From NCBI RefSeq assembly GCF_006345805.1, contig NC_042997.1, forward strand, positions 170,004,001 through 170,068,000: 64,000 nt of DNA, read 5' to 3'. This DNA comes from Octopus sinensis. Its lineage: Eukaryota. The notes beneath the pieces are model-generated. The model saw nothing but the letters and a program-made list of their open reading frames with translations. It was not told where the DNA came from and searched no databases. Position 1 is the stretch's first letter. Each line of letters starts with the position of its first letter. Shown here piece after piece: positions 54,085-64,000 of this stretch. The translations under genes and the position numbers were made by a program.

Positions 54085-54409
54085 GTAACATCCCTATCTT
54101 GATTTGTAAAAATTTTATACCATTATTTTGTTTTAGTTTTTATTTTGATTTTTGAGTCTTCAAACAGAAACATGTATGTAAATAAGTTTATAATGTAAGG
54201 CTGCTTTTATACCATACAAGTGAGGAGATCTGTAAATCAGTAATTCTTTACCTTTTTTCTTTTTATAGGGCATCCCTTTTAAGTTGTTGTTATGCCTAGT
54301 GCATACCTAAGTAGCGAGTAAAGTATCATGACTAAGCTAAATTAACATAGACAACAATGTATAAATTTTACTCTATGGATAAATTGTATAAGCTTTTAAT
54401 AAATATTTA

Positions 54410-55227
54410 TCTTACATATTAAAACTGAAAATGTCTGCCTGTGTGTGTGTGTATCGGTATGTCCTCGTTTTGCGCCATAACGGCTCAACCAATTCTTCTT
54501 AAACTTCACACGCACATTGCTTATGTGTCTGGAGAGGTTTTAAGTATAAATTGATTTCGAAAAAATGTTCAAGTAAATGGCGGGAGGAATAACATTTGGG
54601 CATGAGTGAATGGTGGAAGTAATTATTTTTAAGCTTCCAAGGGAAATAACCACCAAGGGAAATAACCCTTTCATTTTCAGTATGCTTATTTCTTAGTAAA
54701 CAAGTAAATAGTATTCTCCTAAACAATAGATCCACTTATTTCGGTTAGTGGCTTATTCACAAATATAAACACTAGTGCTGCTGAGGGTAATATTGTCTGG
54801 GAATGCACAAAAGCATTTTTTCACAGTTAATTATTTTGAATTGCTATTATTTCATATCTGATTAGCTTGTTATTACATAACATGTTTCATGATTTTAGTA
54901 TATATACCTTATTAGTATTTCCTCCTAAAATCTATATACACAGGAATGTATTAAAGCCATTTTCGGGACTACTTTATTTAATTCTTACAATAGGGTAATT
55001 AATTTCATGTTATTACATAACTGACTTCACAATTTGGGTATTCATAACTTATTGGGAATTCCTAAAAACAAGATCCTTTGTAAGACAGTTTGGTATTCTC
55101 AGTAAATATACAAAAACCGTTTTAAGGGCTACATACTTTGTATTGTTGTTACTGGATTAGCAAAACAATTATGAGAACGAAACCAAGGGATAAGCCCACT
55201 TTCCCGGGAATTATCAGGTATGTCAGC

Positions 55228-55269
<42 letters not shown>

Positions 55270-55607
55270 TTATTATAGCCTCAGGCTGACCAAAACCTTG
55301 TGAGTGGATTTCATACTCAGAAACTGAAAGAAGACTGTCGTATATATATGTGTGTGTTTGTGTCTTGTGTTTGTACTCCCACTATTGCTTGACAACTGAT
55401 GTTGCTGTGTTAACATTTGCGTAACTTAGCGGTTTTGTAAAAGACACTGACAGAATGAGTACTAGGCTTACAAAGAATAAATCCTTTGGTTGATTTCTTC
55501 GACCAATGGCAGTGCTCCCGCATGGCCGCAGTCACATGACTGAAACAAGTAAAACAATAAAAATTTGTGCCATTTTAATCCCAAGCAAGGCTGGGTATCT
55601 CTGCTAG
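54410..55607 (+). mobile_element. Helitron-like element with nested SINE
   Basis: 5' end A^TCttacatattaaaactgaaaatgtctgcctg; 3' end CCCAAGC-AAG-GCTGGG hairpin followed by tatctctgCTAG^T. Confidence 0.65.
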
Positions 55608-56859
55608 TGCTTATAAAGATACTTATATAGGAAAAAATTTTATGTCAACTACAATTTTTACCAAGTGGATGTTTTTAAAATGGGGATTAATAAACTTTTG
55701 TTATTGTAATTATAAAACATGTATACTCTTACGCACACACATTTAGGTGCAGGAGTGGCTGTGTGGTAAGAATCTTGCTTCCCAACCACATCTCTTGGCA
55801 AAAGAGATCACTGCAATATGCACTAGGCTTACAAGGAATAAGTCCCAGGATCGATTTGTTTGACTAAAGGCGATGCTCTATCATGACCGCCCGCAGTCAA
55901 ATGACTGAAACAAGTAAAAGAATAACATAAAGAATCTAATATATATTTTATATTATTTACTATAAACGCAAGGCGTCAAATCTTTTTTGAAGTGGGAGAT
56001 TATATTGACCCTAGTGCTCAACTTACACTAAAATGATGAAAGGCAAAGTCAACCTCTGTGGCATATTAATTCAATATATAAAATCAATTTCAAAAACCTA
56101 TAACTGCAGTAGTCAAAGATTACTTGTTGCATCTTAATCTCATTATTGTTAATATCTGACAAAAATTCACAGAATATTATTAATATTTCTATATTTTGAA
56201 ACTCAAATTTGAAAACATTTATGAAACAAGTTTCATTTGTAGAACTTGGAAAATACATTCGTGTTTATTTTGCTTATTTTGGTATATTTGGTTGTGTATG
56301 TGTGTTTGTGTGAGTGCGTTTTAAGATTAGGTTGTTATAGGCTATTCTTATTCTAGCTGCTAAACTCTCAGAGCAACCAACCCACTACAGATTTGGTTGC
56401 CTAGGTAGCAGAAGCTATTAACTACTTCTAGTTTTTTCCCCTAGCATGTGATGGAATCTGTTTTCTGTAAATCTTCACTGTTTGTTGCCCCTGTGAATCT
56501 GCCACACAAAAACTATCTTCCCAGTTAACCTTCCTTTGATATTGCTGTACCTTTTATGTGTCCATAGCTTACACTGGGTACATCATATGGAGTTTCTACG
56601 CATGCCTTCTCTACAGATCAAGCAGGGCCATCTACCTGAAGTTGTTTGTGATTTGACAGCCTTCCAACTTGAGAGTTTTTCAGAATCATATTAAAAAGAT
56701 GACATAAACATTTACTTTAAAAATATATTTTTGTTTATTTACTATCAATTAGTTGAGGGTAATCAATCACTGATCCTAAAACAATTTGTTACAACCTCAC
56801 ATATACAGATATTAAGTTCTCCTAAAAATTTAATTGTATTCATAACTCTGTTCACACAG

Positions 56860-56951
56860 GAGGGCACCGTAATGCAAAACAGTGGATCAAAGTGTATGCT
56901 GACCAAGAATATACTTTACAGTTGGAATTATCCAAAATTAATAAAACAAAA
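56860..56951 (+). CDS. ASCC3: ASCC3 exon H (GHRNAKQWIKVYADQEYTLQLELSKINKTK)
   Basis: Acceptor cacacag, donor gtaagt; 92 nt, phase 1/0. WIKxxADQEY is characteristic of ASCC3. Confidence 0.92.
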
Positions 56952-57188
56952 GTAAGTATTGTAACATATTTAATGTTTACTAACTTTTTTTTCTTTCTTG
57001 TAAGAAATTAAATTTCTCAGATAAAAAGAAACTATAAAGATTTTGAGATAAATCTTAGTTCCATCTGGACTAAGAGTATATATTTAAACAATGTTATCTA
57101 TTACTAAAATATCTAAATATATATGTAAAATACTGAAAATTAAATTAAAAATCAAAACTATGATTTTGTTTTTTTTTGTTTTTTTCAG

Positions 57189-57449
57189 AAACCTGACACT
57201 AAAGCTTATGTTCCCAAATTCCCTAAAGGTAAAGACGAAGGGTGGATATTAATTTTAGGAGAGATAGAATCACAGGAACTTATTGCTTTAAAAAGAGTTG
57301 GTTATGTACGCTATCATAGCCGGCCTCAGCTAGCCTTCTTCACTCCGGAAAAACCTGGTCGTTTCATTTACACATTCTACCTGATGAGTGATTCATACTT
57401 GGGACTGGATCAGCAATATGATATCTTCTTGGATGTATTGCCTTCATAA
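57189..57449 (+). CDS. ASCC3: ASCC3 terminal coding exon (KPDTKAYVPKFPKGKDEGW...LIALKRVGY...YLMSDSYLGLDQQYDIFLDVLPS*)
   Basis: Long poly-T acceptor ending tcag; 261 nt to TAA. PKFPKxKDEGW, LIALKR and MSDxYLGLDQQY are ASCC3 C-terminal motifs. Confidence 0.96.
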   Translation, partial: KPDTKAYVPKFPKGKDEGWILILGEIESQELIALKRVGYVRYHSRPQLAFFTPEKPGRFIYTFYLMSDSYLGLDQQYDIFLDVLPS

Positions 57450-57705
57450 TGTATATATAGTTTAAGAAAAAATGAAAATGAATAATCAGATACTTCGTTA
57501 TTAAAAGACTTTGCTGGATAAATGTGTTGTTTCTTTTTCATTGGAGTAAATAATTACCGTGGAAGAAATTTTGTTTTTGATTCAAGAAAACTAAATGCGA
57601 CTTTTTTTAATTCAACTTTAAAATTTATTGCTCTGTTTTCATGCCGGTTGGGTCCAAACTACCTTCAACTAGACATCAATATTATAAATATTATAGCTAT
57701 TGTTA

Positions 57706-57925
57706 AAGGCAGCAAGCTGGCAGAATCATTTGCACACCAAGTGAAATCCTTAGTGGCATTTCAGCTATCTTTGTGTTCTTAGTTCAAATTCTGCTGGGGT
57801 CAACTTTGCCTTTCATTTCTTTTGGGGGTCAATAAAATAAGTTTCAGCTGAGCACTAGGGTTGATGTAATCAACTTAGCCCCTCCCCAAAACTGTTGGCA
57901 TTGTGCCAAAATTTGAAACATATTG
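57706..57925 (+). mobile_element. SINE family 2 copy, forward
   Basis: aaggcagcaagctggcagaa..agttcaaattctgc..actttgcctttcat. Confidence 0.85.
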
Positions 57926-57929
57926 ATAT

Positions 57930-58135
57930 TCTTTTCTACTTTAGGAACAAGGCTCAAAATTTTGGGGGAAGGGGCCAGTTGATTAGATCGACCCCAGTAT
58001 GCAACTGGTACTTAATTTATCGACCCCAAAAGGATGAAAGGCAAAGTCAACCTCGGCAGAATTTGAACTCAGAACATAAGGACAGACGAAATACCGCAAA
58101 GCATTTCGCTAATGTTTCTGCCAGCTCACCACCTT
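57930..58135 (-). mobile_element. SINE family 2 copy, reverse, tail-to-tail with the 57706 copy
   Basis: atgaaaggcaaagtc..gcagaatttgaactc..ttctgccagctcaccacctt. Confidence 0.88.
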
Positions 58136-58387
58136 AAACCGATATAAATACTGTTTGAATTATATGCACCTATGGCATAATTATTCAGATTTTTCATTCT
58201 TTAGTTAATAAAGGAGGGGTAGTTTGTGCCCCTAACTTTTTCAGTTCCTCTTGGGCTGGGAGGAATCAGATTAACTGAGTGAGTGTATGATGGCTTTTAT
58301 ATTTACATTTGAACTTTTAAAGGGAAAATGTAATTGAAACAATGCAAAGAAGAAATGTAAAAAGTGTTTAGTATGGAGTATAGCATA

Positions 58388-58931
58388 TCTATGTTAATAA
58401 ACGCAAAATTCTGTCTGTTGGGAAGCCTTGTATCTCAGTCTACATTTGTTCTACATAGACATATTATATCTTTTTAGAATCAGGATGATCTCAGGATTGA
58501 AAACCTGCCCTTCATTTGGTTCTTGAACATCCATCATTGGGATCTGATTAAAAAGCATTTTGGTTGCTATTTCTAACAGGTAAAGCTTGGCTGATTCATG
58601 CCATCTTGGTTGGCATTTGTCAGATGACGTCAGAGATCAAGGGAGAGATAAATGACATTCGCTTCATTAATTTTATGTTAAGATAAGAACTTTGGGACAA
58701 CTTGACCAACAGTTGGAATTCAACTTGTGACTGGAATGATAGAATGATTGCATTACAGAATTAATTCTTATCAGTCCTTATCCTCTGATCAAACACCACT
58801 GGGGCATATAGTCATTATAGACATATTATAGTCATGCTATTTAGCTCCCTTTAGTTTTGGGTCACAGGCCCAATTAGCTCCTCTGCAGGAGCTAGCTTAA
58901 AAGTCTGTACAGAGTGCGGCTTTTGAGCTAG
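58388..58931 (+). mobile_element. Non-autonomous Helitron-like element
   Basis: A^TC start with a ttctgtctg subterminal motif; CTAG^T end; no TSD. Subterminal hairpins TAGCTCCT-ctgc-AGGAGCTA and AAAAGtcTGTAC-aga-GTGCGgCTTTT. Confidence 0.75.
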
Positions 58932-59199
58932 TGCTCGATATAGGATGTAGTAATTGTTGTTGTTACTGGCTTTCTTTCAGGGTGTAAGATTTTGATGGCT
59001 CCCTCCCATGATCTTCTGTCATACATTGAGTAGCTGAGCTACCTGTGTGAGGTTAATCCATAGGGTATGTAAGCATTAATAAGAAAACAGACTGTTGGAA
59101 AATGTATACAGTTTGTTAAATAAAGACAGCTTGTAAAAAAGTAAGCAGTTAATGTGAAAAATCTAGTCAGATATAAATAGTCTTAGTTTTCATGCAGTC

Positions 59200-62100
59200 C
59201 TTCTATGGCATGTAACATAGGGCAAAGAAGATGGAGGTGGTGGAGTGTATGTAGGAGTGGGGGGTGTCAGAAAATGCCTTCTTAAGTCTATCCACCGAAA
59301 CAGTCTCTTTCCTACCATTAATGTCAATAGTAAAAAGCTTGTCTGTATGTTGAAGAATCCGATAAGGTCCTGTGAATAGTGGTGTGAGAGGGCCTCTCAC
59401 AGAGTCATTGCATAAGAATACATGGGTCCACAAAGCAATATCCTTAGGGATGGCAGATTTCGCTGTTTGTAACTGAGTGTTCATCGGCAGTAGATCAGAG
59501 AAGTATGACTGCAATTGGCCAATGTAGATGGAAAGATCCTGGGTAGCCATATCCATTGGTGCCAACATCTGGTCAGGCAAAGTTAAGGGTACTCCATACA
59601 GCAGTTCAGTGGAAGAATAATCCAGATCTGCTTTAATAGCGGATCGACAACCTAATAGAACGATAGGGAGATATTCGGTCCATCTTTGCAGGTCTGATGA
59701 AGCCGAAGGGCTGCTTTCAGCTGACAGTGGAACTGCTCAACCATTCCATTTGAAGCAGGATGGTAATTTGTGGTATGCAAATGTTGCACTCCCAATAGGC
59801 GTAACAGTTCACAAAAAAGATGAAACTCAAATTGCCATCCTCAGTCAGTGGTGATCCTTGAGGGAACACCAAAGTGAGAGATCAAAGCACAAGCTACCAA
59901 TTCAGTGGAAATGTCCACTAAAGGGATGGTTTCAGGCCAACGAGAGAACCAATCGATGTAAGTAAGAATATAAGTGTATCCACAACTGCTGGGCCAAGGA
60001 CAAACTAGGTTGATGTGAATATGGCAGAAATATGTGTCGAATTTTCCTAATGGAGCACAGATATGTCAGTGGACTTTGGAACATTCAGAACAAGCCCAAG
60101 CAGTAATATGCCAGCGCATATCCAACCAGAAGAAACGAGCCATAATAACCCTGACTGAGGCCACAATGCCTGGATGGGATAAAGAATATAGAGTGTCGAA
60201 CATGATTCAACAGTGATTGTCAGGAACCAGTAGTCTCAGTGCATCTGTAGAGATGTCACAGAGAATATTTCTGTCTGTTGACGATAGAAGTATTTGAATT
60301 GATAGTGCAAGTATACAGAAGAGGAGGTGTCAAATGAAGAGGCAGTTGATTGGAAGCTATTGTGACCAAACCTATTGCAGCGACGATGAAACAGGAAGTC
60401 TTGATAATGTGTCAGCTGGGATGTTTTCAGGTCCTGAGATATGATGGATGTCATTCATAAATTGCAATGTAAAATCCAGGTGTCGAATCTCCCTCGGCAA
60501 GTACTTGTCCAACTTTGAATGAAGGGCGAATGTCAACAGTTTATGGTCAGTGAAGATCACAAAATCTCACCCCACTAGAAAGTGGTAAAAGTGTTTGACT
60601 GTGAGGTAAGTGGAGAGGAGTTCTCATCCAAACATACTATATTGTGTTTCAGTGACTTTTAAACAGTGTGAGAAGAACGCCAATGGTTGCATTTGTCCAT
60701 GAATAATTTGTTGCAAAACTGCACATAATGCAAAATCTGAAGCATCAACTGCTAATGCAAGCTTTACTCCTGGAATAGGATGGGTAAGATAAGAGAGTTG
60801 TGCAAGTTCTGATTTCACTGTATCAAAAATGCATAACTCGACTGGAGAAGGGGAAACATCTGTGTTGTTCTTTCTATCCTTGAGTAGGTTGGTCAAAGGT
60901 ATTAGTTTCTCTGTGCAGTTGGGTATAAATCTGCAATAAAAGTTAATCAGCCTAGGAAATGGCAGAGCTATCACAATGAGGTTGGAGGTGGGAGCTGCTG
61001 GATTGCTTCCACTTTCACAGGAAGTGGACAGATGCCATCAAAATCTATGATGTGTCCCAGGAATTCCAAAGTGTTTGAACCAAACTTTTGCTGGGTTAAC
61101 TTTAACGTTGTAGGATTGCAGATGTCAAAATAGTTGGGTCAGATGTTGATCAAGTTCAACAGTAGCACTGGCGATGAGGAGGTCGTCCACATATGCAAAA
61201 ACGAATTCCATACCATGAACAATTTCATCCATGTACTGCTGGAATGTGCTTGCAGCATTGCATAATCCAAACAGCATGGACAAAAACTCAAGAGAACCAA
61301 ATGGTGTAGACAACTGTTTTTGGAATATCTTCCGGGTTCACTGGGATCTGGTGGTATGTATGTACCAGGTCTATCTTGGAAGAAACGGTGCATCCATGTA
61401 GAGTAGATGGAAAGTCCTACAGATGAGGTAGAGGATACCTGTCAGGGGTGGTGGTGGTGGTGTTGAGACATCTATAATCCCCCACTGGGCGAAAATCAGC
61501 ATCACCTTTACAGGCCATGTACAAAGGAAATGCCCATGGGCTCGTAGATGGCTGGACCAGTCCTAGCTGGAGCATGTGTTCAAATTCAGCTTGAGCTGCT
61601 TTGAGCTTGTCCAGTGCCAACCGACACAGACAGGAAAAAATAGGAGGTCCCTTCATGGCGATGAAATGTCCCATGGAGCAAACAGGATCAGTAGGTTTAA
61701 ATGACAAGTTAGTGAGCTCCAGAAAAGAAGCAAGCAATGCATGATATTGGTCTCCTGAGGCAGCAATGAAGAAAGAGGGACTCACAAGAGCAACAAAAGA
61801 ATCCTTTCCAGGAGTTGACAGAGAGGTGGTAACGTTGAGAAACTGCTGCCTTCTCACATCTGCCAGTAGTGATGTAAGAAATCAGCACCCAATGTTGGAT
61901 AAGACAGATCAGTGATGATGAAAATCCATTTGAAATCTCTACATTAAACGATGATGATGATGATGATGATGATAGATACATCCAAGGATAAGGATATCTG
62001 CCCAAAGGTCCGGATAGCAGAGTGGTTGACAGCATACAAGGATATATTGGAAAGATCAGCCTTGGTCAAGGTAAAACCTAAGGGCCAAATGCTCACACTG

Positions 62101-63382
62101 GCTCCAGTATCAACCATAAGAGACTTAGAAGAGATGATGTCTCTTACGAAAAAAGCACAATACAGAGTAGAACTGACCGCGAGGACCTCTGACGTGCCCT
62201 GGGCCTTCCATGTTAGTTTTCCTATGGAGAGTAAAAACATGGCTGTATACATCATCTGGCTTGGTTCTTGAAATGCCAATGGTACCTACAGTGTGAGGTG
62301 TTCGGAAAGATTGCCTGACTGCAAGGAGAGGAAGAATGATACCTAAAACATGGTCTGGAAGAATGAACATTACACATGTGTGAAATTTAGTGTGCCAAGT
62401 CCTTAATGCCCTTGAGGGTTGCTGTATGACCTGAAAGTTCCACAGTGGAGGAGTCCTGGGCAGCTGAAGAAGAAGAAGCAACAGCTACTACTCTGCTGGC
62501 TGTGGAAGATTCCCTGGAGAATTCCAGTATCTTGTCCACCAACATAGCTATCTGGTCCATCAAGCTGCCTTCCACCATCAGAGCTAAAATCAGTTGCACA
62601 TTGAGCGGCCAAGAGAAGAATAACTGTTTCACAAAGGAGCTTTCTTCCATAGAACCATCAGCTAACTCGTGGATACAGTGCAAAAATTCAGTCAGGGACC
62701 TGTCCCCGAGATGCTCATCTTCCAGGAGCATACAGAAGCAGCTTTCGGAGGATTTGGAATTTCTGCAGAGCACTTCCACCTTAATAGATCTGTAGGAGGC
62801 ATCAGGTAGAGTATCCTTGATGAGGTCCTTGATTGTAAGTGCAAGAACAGAAGGGATGCCACTAATTACAATGTACAGTCATTGCTGAGCTGATTGAATG
62901 TTGTTTGCCATAAAGTAAGACTTGAGTTGGGTGAACCGCATGCATGTGTCACCATGATAGTGGGGAAGTGTGGTACGACTCATCTTCTGAAGAGAAAACT
63001 GAAACACACATGCAGAAGGAATACAAGCCAATCAAAACCAAAATCCAGAAAATGTGGTAGGGAAGAAAATTCCACAAGTGGCAGTGAGAATGTGAGATGA
63101 AGACAAGGATGAAAAAGAAACACAAAATTGTACCTGAGTATAAAGAATGCGTATAAATGATCCTGAAGAAAATTTCAAGTGACAAAGGAAGAATACATGA
63201 TGTCAACTTGAACCAGTAGACCAAAACTGTAAGAAGAATGTATGGTTTCCATGCCAGCAGAAAGAGCTGGAAAATACCACATTGTATAATTGTACAGAGT
63301 TATAGTCTAGGCGGTGAGAGTTCTCCAGAATACAACAATTTCAGCAGAAATTCCTGGTATAGAAAAATATGCAGGGTCACCA
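59200..63382 (-). mobile_element. Decayed Ty3/Gypsy LTR retrotransposon internal region (gag, protease, RT, RNase H, integrase)
   Basis: gag from ATG 62983; protease MVDTGAS; RT PWAFPL, DYRCLN, FGLCNAASTFQ, AYVDDLL; RNase H VDASD and FTDHK; integrase C-terminus GPYRIL and VSVDRLK. Many stops and frameshifts; LTRs not recognisable. Confidence 0.93.
63374..63382 (-). promoter_or_regulatory. Putative primer-binding site (tRNA-Trp type)
   Basis: Minus strand TGGTGACCC about 400 nt upstream of gag; complementary to the tRNA-Trp 3' end GGGTCACCA. Only 9 nt of match. Confidence 0.5.
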
Positions 63383-64000
63383 TAAGAAGTTGTTAACACA
63401 TGTTAAACCATGAAGAAAACATGTCTGAAGTTGAAAAGTGAGAAGAAATGCATATTCTGAGTTGGATTCACCACTGTTGCAAGGTTATCAATGTTACAAA
63501 TGATGGTTGGTTACTGTAACCTTGAACCTTCATCCAATATAAAAAGAATTGAGGCTATGACATGTCCTGGTTACTGCTGGAACCAGAGATTAATTAAGAA
63601 GCAAAAATCCTCATGTACGAAGGATCAAAAGGCATTCTTGGAATAAACTAAAGAGACTTCCTTGAACTTCACAAATAATTTAATACAATTCAGCACAGGT
63701 GGAAATTCACTGATGACATACTTCAGTTGAAGCAGTACACAAATAGAAAAGTGTACATATCTTCCCTTGTCGCATTCTGTGTGAGGAAATTAAATTAATA
63801 ATGTATGAGGGGATTTTGTACGCCACTTAGGCTTACTTCTAGTGAATGAGTAAGCCATGCACATGGTGTGCAACTTGATAACTTTGAAATACTAGGCTGC
63901 TCCTCTGAGGTATTTGTTTGCTTAGGCCCATGTAGTAAAAACTGTGCGCTCTCAAACACAGAGACATATTTAGGTTGAAGTCCAACGGTTGAAAAGAGAG

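Noticed and set aside
54085-54095. U12-type donor (gtaacatccct)
   Set aside because: Does not match GTATCCTT at +1 to +8; treated as U2-type.
16740-57449. Gene as SNRNP200/Brr2 or HFM1
   Set aside because: LPVRHNED, DTKSVLDQAIR, ADQEY and FPKxKDEGW..LIALKR fit ASCC3 better.
63400-64000. Coding or transposase fragment at the window end
   Set aside because: No recognisable motif or sustained ORF.

Overview
AT-rich, microsatellite- and transposon-dense animal DNA. The SINE and microsatellite landscape looks cephalopod (Octopus-like); this is inferred, not proven. The only host gene found is the 3' end of ASCC3 (Ski2-like helicase, activating signal cointegrator 1 complex subunit 3) on the + strand. 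Nine GT-AG exons from 16740 to 57449 splice in frame into about 402 aa covering the C-terminal winged-helix end and Sec63 region, ending DVLPS*. No upstream exon was found, so 1-16739 is taken as intronic. The rest is mostly decayed mobile DNA: a Tc1/mariner transposon with DD36E spacing, an RTE LINE, CR1/L2-type fragments, a Penelope-like RT fragment, a Ty3/Gypsy internal region with a tRNA-Trp-type PBS, Helitron-like elements, hAT, piggyBac and Tc1 MITEs with TSDs, and many tRNA-derived SINEs. Four observations stand out. (1) Six type-I hammerhead-ribozyme-like motifs (Penelope/retrozyme type), all antisense to ASCC3, one with an intact core and a very long stem II. (2) A composite templated insertion with 3-bp microhomology at all three junctions. 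(3) A tail-to-tail inverted SINE pair just after the ASCC3 stop codon, a possible ADAR dsRNA substrate. (4) A candidate recursive splice site in the 17.6-kb intron. Most short ORFs in the supplied track are repeat or microsatellite noise. All calls were made by eye.
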